Positions 1 through 10,097 of a stretch of 64,000 bases of DNA are shown here, one piece after another. The notes under the pieces were generated by a model. That model was not told where the DNA came from. It did not search any database and saw nothing but the letters and a program-made list of their open reading frames with translations. The stretch covers positions 131 to 64,130 of the forward strand of contig DAOUHF010000035.1 of NCBI GenBank assembly GCA_034428795.1, given 5' to 3'. This DNA comes from Dehalococcoidia bacterium (GTDB lineage Bacteria > Chloroflexota > Dehalococcoidia > Lucifugimonadales > UBA3495). Positions within the stretch are counted from its first letter, which is position 1. Each line of letters opens with the position of its first letter. A program made the translations under genes and the position numbers.

Positions 1-172
1 GGTGGCCGGGCCGGTGACAATTCCGTGTGATTTGGTTACAGTCCGCCCAGGCCTCAGTACCCGTGGAGACTGCCTGTGGGGACTCATTGTCGGTAGCAGC
101 CCGGAATGCCGCGCGGGCCACAGCCGCCGGTTTGGCGGCGGCCTCAGGGAAGGTTAAGGAGGAAGTTCAAGA

Positions 173-1966
173 ATGAAACGTTGGTTTCTCACTCCAATCG
201 GTCTTCTACTTGCCTGCACCATACTGGGAGCCGGACTGTTGATGGCCTGCGGCGGCGCGGATGAACCCGAAGCGGCGCCGACCAGTGCTCCGCAGACCCA
301 ACCAACGGCCGCTTCCGCAGCTACTCAGGCCCCGGTCGCCACGGCGGCGCCCACCGCCGTACCGCCAACCTCGGCCCCGGCCATGATGGGACCAACAGGC
401 ACTTTGAACATCGGGTTCAAGGAACTTGGCCCCTACAGCACCAGCAACCGTCTGACGGAAAGCACCGTGTGGCTCTACGTGGGGACCGCCAGCCACGAAT
501 CGGCGCTGCGGATCACGCCGCAAGGGACGATCGCCGGCAAATTGATGGAGGAATGGAGCGTCAACGATGCCGGAACCGTCTGGACCTTCAAACTGAACGA
601 GGGTGTGCAGTTCCACAAGGGATGGGGTGAGGTGACCGCCGACGATTACATATTCGCGACGAATGACCACGTCGGCCAAGGCAGCATCTCGTCGCTGCTG
701 GGAACGGTCAAACGGATTTTCCACGCCGAGGGCGGCGGAACGACCAAGGTTGACCAGTACACGATCCAAGTCGACACCGTGACTCCCCAGTTCGATATGT
801 TGAGCTTCGGCACGGCCGTGCCGACCACCAACATGGTGGTCAGCAAAAAGCAGTTTGAGGAAGAAGGCGAAGCAGTAGCCAAGTTCTCCGGCGTAGGCAC
901 CGGCGCTTGGGAATTCATCGAATCGGTAACGGGACAGTCTTGGAGTTTCAAGGCCGTGGAAGACCATTATCGGAAGACCCCGGAATTCGCCGAACTGGTG
1001 ATGTGGGAAATCCCGGAGGAAGCCACCCGCGTCGCCAACTTCCAGACCGGGAAGTTGGACAGCTTCCAAATGGCGTTGGACTCCAAGGCCGCCATAGACC
1101 AGACCGAGGACATCCGGTATATGTCGGTGCCCAACGGCGCCACCGAACACTTGGGCTTTTACGGCAACTGGTACGTTGGCGTCGGCACCGACGCTCAGCG
1201 GGAGGGGTACGATCCGAGTCTGCCCTGGGTCTCCGGCAATCCCGACATCAATTCGCCGGAGTGGGAGCAGGCCCGCAAAGTCAGGGAAGCCCTCTCAATC
1301 GCCATCGACCGGGACCTGATCGTCGAAACCCTCCTCGGAGGAGAAGGGGCGGCCCAGCCGCTATGGACCTGGGAGAACCAGATCCATCGGCTGGATCCGG
1401 ACCTCCGGAGGATCGAATTCGACCCGGAGCGGGCCAAGCAGTTGCTGGAGGAGGCCGGGTACGGCGACGGCTTCTCCATAACCCTTACTCCCAGCATTCG
1501 GGGAGTCCCGGCTGAGGTCGAAGCTTGCGAGGCCATCTCCGAGATGTGGGAAGAGATCGGCCTCAATACCACCATCAACAGGGTCCCTTACCTGAGCATC
1601 GGCCCCCAGATTCAGGCCAGGACCTACAACCAAGCCAGTTGCCACGGGACCGACGGCCGTATTGACCCACTGGACCTTTACCCGGTCATCTTCGGCAGCG
1701 CCTCCGGCTGGTCGTCAGGCGCCGACCACCCCATTCTGGACCAGTTGATTGACGACGCCCTTGCGCAAATAGACGAAGAAGGGCACTTCGAAGCCATGAA
1801 CAAAGCCGCCAGATTCGTTTACGAGAACGTGCTGGAAACGGGGCTTTATAGTGTCAACATCCTGTGGCCCTTGGGTCCGAAAGTCGACTCTTGGGCCGAT
1901 GACCTGGAATACGGCGCCACCAGGGCCTTCGGGGCGTACGAATTCGCGCGGCATCGTACTCAATAA
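173..1966 (+). CDS. ABC transporter substrate-binding lipoprotein, family 5 (peptide/nickel/opine type)
   Basis: 597-aa ORF with an aaggagg RBS about 10 nt upstream of ATG 173. N-terminal signal peptide with a lipobox-like LLMAC-GG, then an Ala/Pro/Thr-rich linker. The body resembles DppA/OppA-type binding proteins, and two cognate permease genes follow. Confidence 0.85.
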   Translation: MKRWFLTPIGLLLACTILGAGLLMACGGADEPEAAPTSAPQTQPTAASAATQAPVATAAPTAVPPTSAPAMMGPTGTLNIGFKELGPYSTSNRLTESTVWLYVGTASHESALRITPQGTIAGKLMEEWSVNDAGTVWTFKLNEGVQFHKGWGEVTADDYIFATNDHVGQGSISSLLGTVKRIFHAEGGGTTKVDQYTIQVDTVTPQFDMLSFGTAVPTTNMVVSKKQFEEEGEAVAKFSGVGTGAWEFIESVTGQSWSFKAVEDHYRKTPEFAELVMWEIPEEATRVANFQTGKLDSFQMALDSKAAIDQTEDIRYMSVPNGATEHLGFYGNWYVGVGTDAQREGYDPSLPWVSGNPDINSPEWEQARKVREALSIAIDRDLIVETLLGGEGAAQPLWTWENQIHRLDPDLRRIEFDPERAKQLLEEAGYGDGFSITLTPSIRGVPAEVEACEAISEMWEEIGLNTTINRVPYLSIGPQIQARTYNQASCHGTDGRIDPLDLYPVIFGSASGWSSGADHPILDQLIDDALAQIDEEGHFEAMNKAARFVYENVLETGLYSVNILWPLGPKVDSWADDLEYGATRAFGAYEFARHRTQ

Positions 1967-1970
1967 AGAG

Positions 1971-2152
1971 GCCGCCCTCCCCCCTTCCTGACCTTCCCCC
2001 CAGTGCGCCGGGGGGAAGGCACTGCTGTCAGTGACGTACGCGCGGACTTCTCCCCTCCTCCGCCCACGGGGGAGGGTTAGGGCGGGGGCGTATTCTCACG
2101 GGTGAGGACAATCCCCTCCTCCGCGCACGGGGGAGGGTTAGGGCGGGGGCGC
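1971..2152. repeat. Cluster of GC-rich REP-like hairpins
   Basis: Hairpin ccttcccccc-N8-ggggggaagg at 1992-2019. Two 40-bp copies, tcccctcctccgc(c/g)cacgggggagggttagggcgggggcg, at 2051-2090 and 2112-2151 with 1 mismatch. Same architecture as repeats elsewhere in the window. Confidence 0.8.
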
Positions 2153-2269
2153 CGCCGCGCTTCAGTTTGACAGCCCCGTTGCCGTCTTTTATAATAAACC
2201 GTTTTCGCGACCGTCCCCGGCAACCCGTGTGCCCGTCATAAGCAACGTAATCGAGGGAACCCTCCCAGA

Positions 2270-3187
2270 ATGCAACGATTCCTAGTACGCCGCCTACTGA
2301 TAACGATCGTCACCCTGTTCGCGGTTTCGATCATAATCTTCGTCATGGCCCGTATCTCGGGCGACCCGCGCACCATGATGCTGGGGGACTTCTTCACCCA
2401 GGAGCAGTACGACCTGGTAGGGGTGAAGCTGGGCTTGGACAAGTCGTATTTCGAACAGTACTGGGTTTTCATCAAGGACTTGGTGCGGGGCGATTTCGGG
2501 CAGTCCATTAAAGAAGGCCGGCCAGCCCGTGACGTCATTGGGCAACGATTTCTGGCCACCTTTGAGCTGGGGGGAGCGGCGTTCATCTTCTCAATGATCG
2601 TTGGAGTGCCCCTGGGCATATTGTCGTCGATACGAAGGGGCGGTGTGATGGACACCGTCGGCAAGATGGTTGCCCTGATCGGCCAATCGGCGCCAGGGTT
2701 CTGGCTTGGAATCATGCTGATCTTCCTCTTCGCCGTGAGGCTGGATATGGTCCCGCCGTCAGGCCGCCAGGAGTGGAACAGCATCTTCCTTCCGGCCATC
2801 ACCCTGGGGTGGTTCTTCGTGGCGGCGAACATGCGGCTGGTGCGCTCCGCGATGCTGGACGTCCTTGACTCAGAGTACATCAAGCTGGCCCGGGCCAAGG
2901 GAGTATCCACAACCAGCCTCATCTGGAAGCATGCGTTGCGTAACGCCATGATTCCGCCCCTGACCTTCGCCGGAGTGACCCTGGGCAACCTGGTGGCCGG
3001 TTCCATAACCACCGAGTTGGTGTTCGCCTGGCCCGGGTTGGGACTGCTGGCGATCCAGTCCACTCTCGTGTCCGACTACCCGGTTTTGCAGGGAGTGGTC
3101 ATCATGTTCACCCTGCTGTACGTGGCGGCCGCCTTCTTGGTGGATGTCACGTACGCTTACATCGACCCCAGAATTCGATACGGATAA
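2270..3187 (+). CDS. ABC transporter permease (DppB/OppB-like)
   Basis: 305 aa, N-terminal MxRFLxRRLL motif typical of DppB/OppB, polytopic, sits directly after the binding protein. Confidence 0.9.
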   Translation: MQRFLVRRLLITIVTLFAVSIIIFVMARISGDPRTMMLGDFFTQEQYDLVGVKLGLDKSYFEQYWVFIKDLVRGDFGQSIKEGRPARDVIGQRFLATFELGGAAFIFSMIVGVPLGILSSIRRGGVMDTVGKMVALIGQSAPGFWLGIMLIFLFAVRLDMVPPSGRQEWNSIFLPAITLGWFFVAANMRLVRSAMLDVLDSEYIKLARAKGVSTTSLIWKHALRNAMIPPLTFAGVTLGNLVAGSITTELVFAWPGLGLLAIQSTLVSDYPVLQGVVIMFTLLYVAAAFLVDVTYAYIDPRIRYG

Positions 3188-3202
3188 AGGCGCTGGTATA
3201 AC

Positions 3203-4246
3203 GTGGCAGCAGACCTGGTAATCGGCCGTTCTTACAATCCCATCGCTAGGATCTCCGGAGCGTTGCAGACCGTCCGCCGTTTGCCCATCATCCCCATGTT
3301 CCTGCTGGGCGGGGTAATCTTCCTGGGCATCTTCGCCAACGTGGTGGCGCCCCACGACCCAACCGACGGCAATCTGCGCGAAAGGCTTCTACCTCCCGTC
3401 TGGGGCGGTCCCAGGATCGCCGAGAAGCTCGTCGTAGAGGTGCCGGTGAGCGGACAATTGCTGTACCAGGTCACGCTGGAAGAGGCCCAAGGCCAGGACC
3501 CCAACATCCAGATGGGCGAAACCATCCTGATGGAGACGGGTTCCGGCACCCGGGCCGCCGGCAGCACCAGGTTCCTGTTGGGCACCGACGTGCTGGGACG
3601 GGATATCCTGAGCCGCATTATTTTCGGCGCCCGCATATCCCTCATCGTGGCCGCGGTTACCCTGGGGGTTGGCGGCGGAATCGGCGTGGCCGTAGGGTTG
3701 CTGTCCGGCTACTACGGCGGTTGGATGGATGAGCTATTGATGCGGCTGGTGGACATCATCCTCTCATTGCCGCTCATTCTGGTGGCCTTGGTGCTGGTGG
3801 TAGCCGTCGGCCAGTCCTTTGAAATGATCATCGTGGTGCTGGCACTATGGATTTGGCCCAGGTTCGCCCGTATGGTCCGAGGGGAAGTCCTGCAGTTGAA
3901 AACGCTGGACTACGTGGCGCTCGCCCGGGTTTCCGGCGCCTCGACCGTCAGAATCCTTTTTGTGCATCTATTCCCCGGGACCATCAACACGCTGATAGTC
4001 GTGGCCACGTTGCAGGTGGGCATTGTTATCCTGGTCGAAGCCACCCTGAGCTTCCTGGGAGCCGGGGTACCGCCCCCGGACCCGGCCTGGGGATCGATGG
4101 TGGCCGACGGCAGGGACCGGTTGGTGGACGCCTGGTGGGTGGCAACCATGCCCGGGGTCGCCATCCTGATAACCGTGATGTCTCTAAACCTGTTCGGAGA
4201 CTGGCTGAGGGACACGCTGGATCCCAAGCTTCGCCAGATGGAGTAA
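3203..4246 (+). CDS. ABC transporter permease (DppC/OppC-like)
   Basis: 347 aa, GTG start, FLLGTDxLGRDILSRIIFGARISL motif typical of DppC/OppC, with an unusually long first periplasmic loop. No ATPase gene follows. Confidence 0.85.
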   Translation: MAADLVIGRSYNPIARISGALQTVRRLPIIPMFLLGGVIFLGIFANVVAPHDPTDGNLRERLLPPVWGGPRIAEKLVVEVPVSGQLLYQVTLEEAQGQDPNIQMGETILMETGSGTRAAGSTRFLLGTDVLGRDILSRIIFGARISLIVAAVTLGVGGGIGVAVGLLSGYYGGWMDELLMRLVDIILSLPLILVALVLVVAVGQSFEMIIVVLALWIWPRFARMVRGEVLQLKTLDYVALARVSGASTVRILFVHLFPGTINTLIVVATLQVGIVILVEATLSFLGAGVPPPDPAWGSMVADGRDRLVDAWWVATMPGVAILITVMSLNLFGDWLRDTLDPKLRQME

Positions 4247-4404
4247 TCCCACGGCTGCAAGCATCCGGGTCACGCCCTCCTCAGCACGGTACACGCTTGC
4301 GATCCTTCGTTCACGGTGTCCGGCCATGAGCGGGAGCACCGGTTACGGCATCCGGGCCGGCCCGCCGCAAGCGCCGATTCGGGCGGCCGGACGGACCCGA
4401 CCCG

Positions 4405-5433
4405 TTACTTGAACCGGGGCATTACTTCCTCAGCCAGCAACCGCAGAGAGTTCTTGACGCGGTCATAGGGGACCTGGCCGCCGTAGTTGACCTCCATGAC
4501 CACGCCGGTAGCGCCGAAGTTCTCCTGAAAATACCGGAAACGTTCGGCCACTTCGTCCGGCGTCCCAAAGACGACACGGTCCCGCAGCACGTCTTCGTAA
4601 GGAATGGAAGCGGACTGCCGCAGTCGCTCCGCAACCTCCTCGCTGGCCGCCGATTTGCTGAGTTCCGTGGCCGCGTAACGGATTGCCGCCATGGCGCTGG
4701 CCTCCGGTTCTCCGTGAGCCTTCCCGGTGGTCTCGGCCACGTAGACCGGCACCCGTACAGCGATGTCGGGGGGCCCGGCGTGGCCGGACTTCGACAACCC
4801 TTCGATGTACATCGCGACCCTCTCTTTCAAACTGGCGGCCGGGGTGTTGGCGCTGATGAAGATGGGGTGGCCCATCTTGCCGACGAGAGGGAAGGTCTCC
4901 TCCCCGGCCACGGCCACCCGGACCGGCGGGTAGGGCGACTGGTAAGGCCGGGGAACCACCGTAACGTCGTGAAACGAATGGTACTCGCCCTCGTGGGAGA
5001 AGCTGTCGCTCTGCCAGGCTTTCATGATGATATCCAGCGCCTCCAGGAACCGGGGACGGCTCTCGGCGTAGGGTACGTTGTAGCCTTGGTAGTAACGGGT
5101 CAGGCCGCTGCGGCCGATGCCGAAGTCGAAGCGGCCTTTGCTGATGTGGTCCACGGTGGCGGCTTCTTCCGCCACCCGCAACGGATTGGTGAGAGGAAGC
5201 ACCTGCACCGCCAGGCCCACGCGTATCCGTTGGGTCCGGGCAGCGATGGCGCTGGCAATGATCATGGGAGACGCCAACACAGCCCGCTCGGGGCTGAAGT
5301 GGTGCTCAGCCAGCCACACCGTATCGAAGCCCATCTCCTCGGCTTCCATGATCTGGGCAAAGGACTCGTCGAAGGCCTGGGCCTGGCTGTTCCCGCCGCG
5401 AACGTGAAAATCGGTAAACATTCCAAAGTTCAT
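4405..5433 (-). CDS. LLM-class (luciferase-like) flavin-dependent oxidoreductase
   Basis: 342 aa. N-terminus MNFGMFTDFH...AEEMGFDTVWLAEHHF is characteristic of luciferase-like monooxygenases. Confidence 0.85.
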   Translation of the reverse strand: MNFGMFTDFHVRGGNSQAQAFDESFAQIMEAEEMGFDTVWLAEHHFSPERAVLASPMIIASAIAARTQRIRVGLAVQVLPLTNPLRVAEEAATVDHISKGRFDFGIGRSGLTRYYQGYNVPYAESRPRFLEALDIIMKAWQSDSFSHEGEYHSFHDVTVVPRPYQSPYPPVRVAVAGEETFPLVGKMGHPIFISANTPAASLKERVAMYIEGLSKSGHAGPPDIAVRVPVYVAETTGKAHGEPEASAMAAIRYAATELSKSAASEEVAERLRQSASIPYEDVLRDRVVFGTPDEVAERFRYFQENFGATGVVMEVNYGGQVPYDRVKNSLRLLAEEVMPRFK

Positions 5434-5493
5434 GTCATTCTCCGTACGCCGTTCTTCCGGCGGTGCTTGTTTGGTCCCCGAATCAGGCTGCGT

Positions 5494-6486
5494 TCAATTG
5501 TCGTTCGACGCCGCGAGCGCCCTCGCGCCGTTCTTCCGCCCGCCGCTCACGGGCAGCTTACCGCTGGAAGGGAGCCGCAACACTCCGGCTAAGAAATGAT
5601 AGGCGGCGTAGGTCTCCAGGCCGAAGGGAAGGTACCCTCCGTAACCCAACAGCGGCATCTCGAATATGTAGACGAAATCGAAGAAACCGATATCGTACAC
5701 CCAGCTCACCGAGGCGCTGTTCCACATCTCCCAGAACCAACCGGTGAGCAGTGCGCCCAATGTGATGGCGACGAAGATGCGCCAGTCGCCCCGGCGGACT
5801 TGGCCGATTATGCTGGGCCGTCCTTGAAAGTAGTTAATCGGATCAAGAATAAGGAAAAGGAACACCCAGGTCATCGGGTAGAAATAGACCGGCCATAACA
5901 GCAGCGCGGCCAGGCACAGGAACCCCAGCAAGACCACGCCGTATAACTGCGTCCGGGATAACGCCAGGCGGGGACCGCGGGCGAACCGGCGGACGAATCC
6001 GAGGCTCCCTATGATTTCGGCGCTTTCGAAGATGGCCGGAACGACTATGGAAAAGTGCAGGGAGGTGATCAGCAAGCCCACGGCCTGGGGGTACTGGCGG
6101 TCTCCGATGTAACGCCAATTCTGGGTGGCCTGGTTAATCCATTCGAAGGACCACCAATATGGGATGGCGATGATGAACATACCCAACACCGCGAGCGGAC
6201 AGCGAACCAGCAGCGAAGAACCGGTCCGGCGAAGGACGAGGCTGTCCATCACCAGGATATAACCCAGCCAGAGGGGGAAGAAGGAATGACGGGCCAAGGG
6301 TTCGACGTCAAAGATGGACGCCGGCCAGAATACGGCGATCACCAGCAGTCCGGCCAACCCGCGGTAGGGGAGCAAGAAGCGTGGGAGGGGTTCGGTCCGC
6401 CAGGGGACCCTCCGCTGGGGCAGGCGCTCGTCCTGCACCACCATGATCCCGTAGAGGGACTCCCTAACGTCCAGCTTACTCAGCAA
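5494..6486 (-). CDS. Polytopic integral membrane protein, function unknown
   Basis: 330-aa ORF with about 8 hydrophobic segments. The start is uncertain (TTG at 6486, or ATG at 6444). Confidence 0.55.
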   Translation of the reverse strand: MLSKLDVRESLYGIMVVQDERLPQRRVPWRTEPLPRFLLPYRGLAGLLVIAVFWPASIFDVEPLARHSFFPLWLGYILVMDSLVLRRTGSSLLVRCPLAVLGMFIIAIPYWWSFEWINQATQNWRYIGDRQYPQAVGLLITSLHFSIVVPAIFESAEIIGSLGFVRRFARGPRLALSRTQLYGVVLLGFLCLAALLLWPVYFYPMTWVFLFLILDPINYFQGRPSIIGQVRRGDWRIFVAITLGALLTGWFWEMWNSASVSWVYDIGFFDFVYIFEMPLLGYGGYLPFGLETYAAYHFLAGVLRLPSSGKLPVSGGRKNGARALAASNDN

Positions 6487-6599
6487 AATTCAGGCTTCTC
6501 GAACCAGGATTGCAGTCCGGGGACTTCCCGCCAGCGGTTTTTTGCCCAGAGGTGTCCTAAAAGGGGTTGCATTTCAGGCCCGCCGGCGCCGCGGCAGCA

Positions 6600-8009
6600 T
6601 TACTCAGGGGGAGTGCTGGCGTGCCAGGGGGTGTTCTGCTCGTAGGCGTGTCCGGCCCGCAGCACCGTCTCTTCATCAAAGGGCCGCCCGGCGATCTGGA
6701 GCCCTATCGGCAACCCGTCGGCAGTGAAACCGCAGGGAACGGAAAGGGCGGGCACATTGGCCAGACTGAAGGCGGTAGTCAGCAGGTAGGGCGTGCGGTA
6801 GGAGTTTTCTTTCCCCTGGACCAACGGGTCCGGCTCGATCAACTGGGCCGCGACTCCGGCGGTGGGCGACAGCAACAGGTCGACGTCGGCCAAGGCTTCC
6901 GCGATTTCGTCGCGCAGCAACGTGCGCAAGCTCAGGGCCTTGTAGTAGGCCTGCGCCGGCAGGACTGTGCCAACCATGTAGCCAACACGGTTGTCGTGCC
7001 CAATCTCTTGGGGCCGGTTGCGCACCAAGTCAGCGTAGGTGATGGGGGCCTCCACCCGGATGCCGGTGGAAATCGTACCCGCGTGGGCGGCCAGCGGAAC
7101 CGACACCTCCTTTACCGTGGCGCCCAGTTCGCCTAACGCGTTGGCCGCGGCCAAGACCGATTCCCTGATCTCCTCATCCGTTACGTCGGTGTAAACCAAC
7201 TCCCGTACCACGCCGAACCTGAGTCCTTCCACGCTGCCGGTGAGGGCCGCCCGGAAGTCGGGGACCGGCGCGTTGCGCGTAATGCGGTCCTTGGGGTCGT
7301 ACCCGGCGATGGCCTGTATGGTGATGGCACAGTCCTCCACCGTCCGGCTCAAGGGGCCGATGGTGTCCATGGAGCGGACGCCGGGCATCACGCCGTAGCG
7401 GCTCACCAGGCCCCAGGTGGGCCTGAGGCCGGCCAGGCCGCACCAAGCGGCCGGGAAGCGTACCGAACCACCGGTGTCCTCTCCCAGGGACGTGGCGCAC
7501 ATGAACGCGGCGGTGGACGCTCCGGAACCGCTGCTGGAACCGCCGGTGGAGCGCTCCAGGTTCCAGGGATTGCGGGGAGGATCAAACTGATGGGACAGGC
7601 CCGAAGTGGCGAACTCTGTCATGTTCAGCTTCCCCAACAGGACCGCCCCGGCTTCATTCAACCGGGAAATGACCGTGGCGTCGTTTTCCGGAATGAAATC
7701 GTTGAACACCGGGGAGCCGCCGGTGGTGCGGATCCCCTTGGTGTAAATCTGGTCCTTTACGGCGTAGGGGACTCCGTGGAGCGGACCCCGGTACTGCCCT
7801 TGGGCGATTTCCCGCTCGGCTGCCCGTGCCGCCTCCAGCGCTTGGTCGCGGAGGATGGTGAGGTATGCTCCGATCTGGCCGTTCTTGGAGTCGATGCGGT
7901 CAAGGTAGGCTTCCGTGGCCTCGACCGGCGAGACCTGCCGGGTCCGGAGCAAGTCGGAAAGCTCGGCAACGCTCAAAAACGGAATCCGGGCTTTATCCAT
8001 CCGATCCAC
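6600..8009 (-). CDS. Amidase (amidase-signature family, GatA-like)
   Basis: 469 aa with the GGSSSGSGA amidase signature and a conserved KD...TTGGS region. GTG start at 8009, or ATG at 8000. Confidence 0.9.
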   Translation of the reverse strand: MDRMDKARIPFLSVAELSDLLRTRQVSPVEATEAYLDRIDSKNGQIGAYLTILRDQALEAARAAEREIAQGQYRGPLHGVPYAVKDQIYTKGIRTTGGSPVFNDFIPENDATVISRLNEAGAVLLGKLNMTEFATSGLSHQFDPPRNPWNLERSTGGSSSGSGASTAAFMCATSLGEDTGGSVRFPAAWCGLAGLRPTWGLVSRYGVMPGVRSMDTIGPLSRTVEDCAITIQAIAGYDPKDRITRNAPVPDFRAALTGSVEGLRFGVVRELVYTDVTDEEIRESVLAAANALGELGATVKEVSVPLAAHAGTISTGIRVEAPITYADLVRNRPQEIGHDNRVGYMVGTVLPAQAYYKALSLRTLLRDEIAEALADVDLLLSPTAGVAAQLIEPDPLVQGKENSYRTPYLLTTAFSLANVPALSVPCGFTADGLPIGLQIAGRPFDEETVLRAGHAYEQNTPWHASTPPE

Positions 8010-8189
8010 TCCCTACGTCCGTTTCGGCGTCGCCGCGCCAGCCCAAAATTTTCAGGACAGGCCGGACCCTGGCAGGCCAATAGAATCATAGGGGCGGCGC
8101 CGACTCCGGTCAACATCGGTCCCATCTTGGGCCCGGTCATTCACCGATCATTCACAGGGTCATTCAATATAGCATCCAGGGCAACCACA

Positions 8190-8520
8190 AGGGCCGGGAA
8201 GGGAGGCGGGCATACGGGCCCTACTCCGTCTCCCCGGCGAAAGCCGGGGTCCACGTCCCCTCCACGCTTCGGCCATCTCAGTAGTTGACCGCCGTCTGAA
8301 GTCGACGCGCTGTCCTTGGGGGTTGGGGAGCAGCGTAGGTTCCGGCTTTCGCCGGAATGACGGGTGAGGGGGGCGGCGTACGGGAAAGGAGGCGGCATAC
8401 GGGCACCGGGGAAGGGACGTGGGTTCCGGCTGTCGCCGGAAAGACGGGGGGGAGGCGGGCGGAATGACGGGAGGGGAGGCGGCATACGGGCGCCGGGGAA
8501 GCGACGTGGGCCGGCGGTCC
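8190..8520. repeat. Array of about 65-bp hairpin repeats in a 615-bp intergenic region
   Basis: Three to four related units of the form (g)gaagg(g)aggcgg(g)catacgggc...ggggaag(g/c)gacgtggg(t)tccggc-tNtc-gccggaa. Each carries a ttccggc/gccggaa palindrome. Confidence 0.7.
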
Positions 8521-8624
8521 GGGCGCAGGAGACCGCAGGCCTTTCCATGCCCACTATAATAGGGTTTACGCCGGACGGATTCCGGCGCCCGTCCGACAGC
8601 TCAATGACCCGGAGAATATTCGAA

Positions 8625-10004
8625 ATGAACGAATCCACACTCAAGGTGGAAGGCGCCCGCTACATCATTACCGTGGACCCCCAACGAAGAATCATCAAGG
8701 ACGGCACGATGTTGGTCCAAGGCCAGCGCATCGTCCAAATCGGCAAGAGGGATGAATTGGCCGAGGTTTCCGCCGACCGGGTCATCGATGCCCAAGGGAT
8801 GGTGGTAACCCCCGGATTCTGCAACGGTCACCTCCACGTGAGCTACGCCCACGCCACCCGGGGGATTTTCCCCGACGATTTGGGGCCGGATTACCTGCCC
8901 AACGTTTTCAAGTTGCAGGGGTCCATGACCGCCGAGGAAGAGTATTACACCTCCCTGCTGGGGATTACCGAATTACTCAAGTACGGCACGACCTGCTTCC
9001 TGGACCCCGGCAGCACCAAGCACGTCGACGAATGCCTGAGGGCCTACGAGGAATCGGGGTGCCGCATCATCACCGGGACCCACGTGGCCGACCGGCCCAA
9101 CCCCATCAACCTCCCCGAAACGTCCACCTCCGATGCCGTGGCGGCCATGGAGAGGGCCATCCTGGAGTACGACGGCAAGCTCGATGGGAGAGTCCGCGCG
9201 TGGGCGATGCCATTCGCTCCCGGGTATTCGACCCCCGCATTGCTTCAGGAGGCCAAGCGTTTGGCCGACTCCCATAACACCGGACTCACGCTGCATTTCT
9301 ACAACTCCGACTCCTACGTGAATTCGTGCCTGGAAGACCACGGGTCGCGGCCCACCCAATACCTGGAGAGCATAGGCGTCCTGGGCCCCAACGTCCTGTT
9401 GTCTCACACTATCGGCGTCGACATGAGCGAGGTCGAAATCATGGCCCGCACCGGGACCAAGGCGGTGGTCGTCCCCACGGCGGCGCTGAAGGGCGGCTAT
9501 GGAATGACCCGCAAGGGCCTGCTGCCGGAGATGCTGAAACGGGAAATGACCGTGGGCCTCGGTACCGACGCCGGCAACAACTCAAACTTGATCGAGACCA
9601 ACCGGTCCATGTACCTGATCGCGGTGCTTTACAAAGACGCCCGGCAGGCCACCAACGTAATAGCCGCCGAAACCGCCCTGGAAATGGCGACCATCGAAGG
9701 CGCCAGGGCATTGGGTCTGGACGCGGATATTGGCTCCCTGGAGCCCGGCAAGAAGGCCGACTTCGTCCTCTACGAAACCAACCGGGCCGAATGGGGCACA
9801 CTGTTCAATCCGGTTAACAATTTGGTCTACAATGCCGACGGCCGCAGCGTCCACACCGTGGTGATTGACGGCCGCGTTGTGGTGGAAGACCACGTCCCTC
9901 AATTTGTGGACGAAGAGGCGCTCATCGCCAGGGTGCAGGCCATCGGGGAGAGTATGCTGGCGAGGACGGGCGTCTCCTTCCCCCCGCGGTGGCCTGTCGT
10001 ATAA
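8625..10004 (+). CDS. Amidohydrolase-superfamily metallo-hydrolase (cytosine/guanine/chlorohydrolase-like deaminase class)
   Basis: Start moved to ATG 8625 (MNESTLKVEGARYIITVD...). PGFCNGHLH metal-binding motif and a C-terminal ADFVL...V..V.V.G motif. The track ORF from 8364 runs through the repeat array. Confidence 0.85.
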   Translation: MNESTLKVEGARYIITVDPQRRIIKDGTMLVQGQRIVQIGKRDELAEVSADRVIDAQGMVVTPGFCNGHLHVSYAHATRGIFPDDLGPDYLPNVFKLQGSMTAEEEYYTSLLGITELLKYGTTCFLDPGSTKHVDECLRAYEESGCRIITGTHVADRPNPINLPETSTSDAVAAMERAILEYDGKLDGRVRAWAMPFAPGYSTPALLQEAKRLADSHNTGLTLHFYNSDSYVNSCLEDHGSRPTQYLESIGVLGPNVLLSHTIGVDMSEVEIMARTGTKAVVVPTAALKGGYGMTRKGLLPEMLKREMTVGLGTDAGNNSNLIETNRSMYLIAVLYKDARQATNVIAAETALEMATIEGARALGLDADIGSLEPGKKADFVLYETNRAEWGTLFNPVNNLVYNADGRSVHTVVIDGRVVVEDHVPQFVDEEALIARVQAIGESMLARTGVSFPPRWPVV

Positions 10005-10097
10005 CCGGCCACTGACCACTATCCACCGGCCACCGGCCTGGAGTCTGAGTGACGCCCGGCAGCATCCAACCCATCGCGTCCCGGCCGTAGGTTACGC

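Noticed and set aside
1-172. The hairpin gccgccg-gtttgg-cggcggc upstream of the binding-protein gene as a riboswitch or terminator, and a possible partial gene at the left edge.
   Set aside because: There is no T-tract and no recognisable conserved RNA motif. The 172-bp fragment is too short to support a coding call.
206-1150. Long antisense or alternative-frame ORFs in the track. Examples: 206-1150(-), 12072-13334(-), 14851-16173(-), 32494-33621(-), 34868-36085(-), 39406-40410(-), 42281-43555(-), 42445-43740(+), 46260-47198(-), 47587-48708(-), 50654-51727(-), 51642-53231(-), 59112-60092(-), 60558-61337(-), 63130-63954(-).
   Set aside because: Their translations are Arg/Gly/Pro/His-rich low-complexity strings typical of shadow ORFs in GC-rich DNA. 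Each overlaps a gene on the other strand or frame that has clear family motifs.
8364-8624. An 87-codon N-terminal extension of the amidohydrolase ORF.
   Set aside because: The extension runs through the intergenic hairpin-repeat array (a GGRG-rich translation). The conserved domain begins at ATG 8625.
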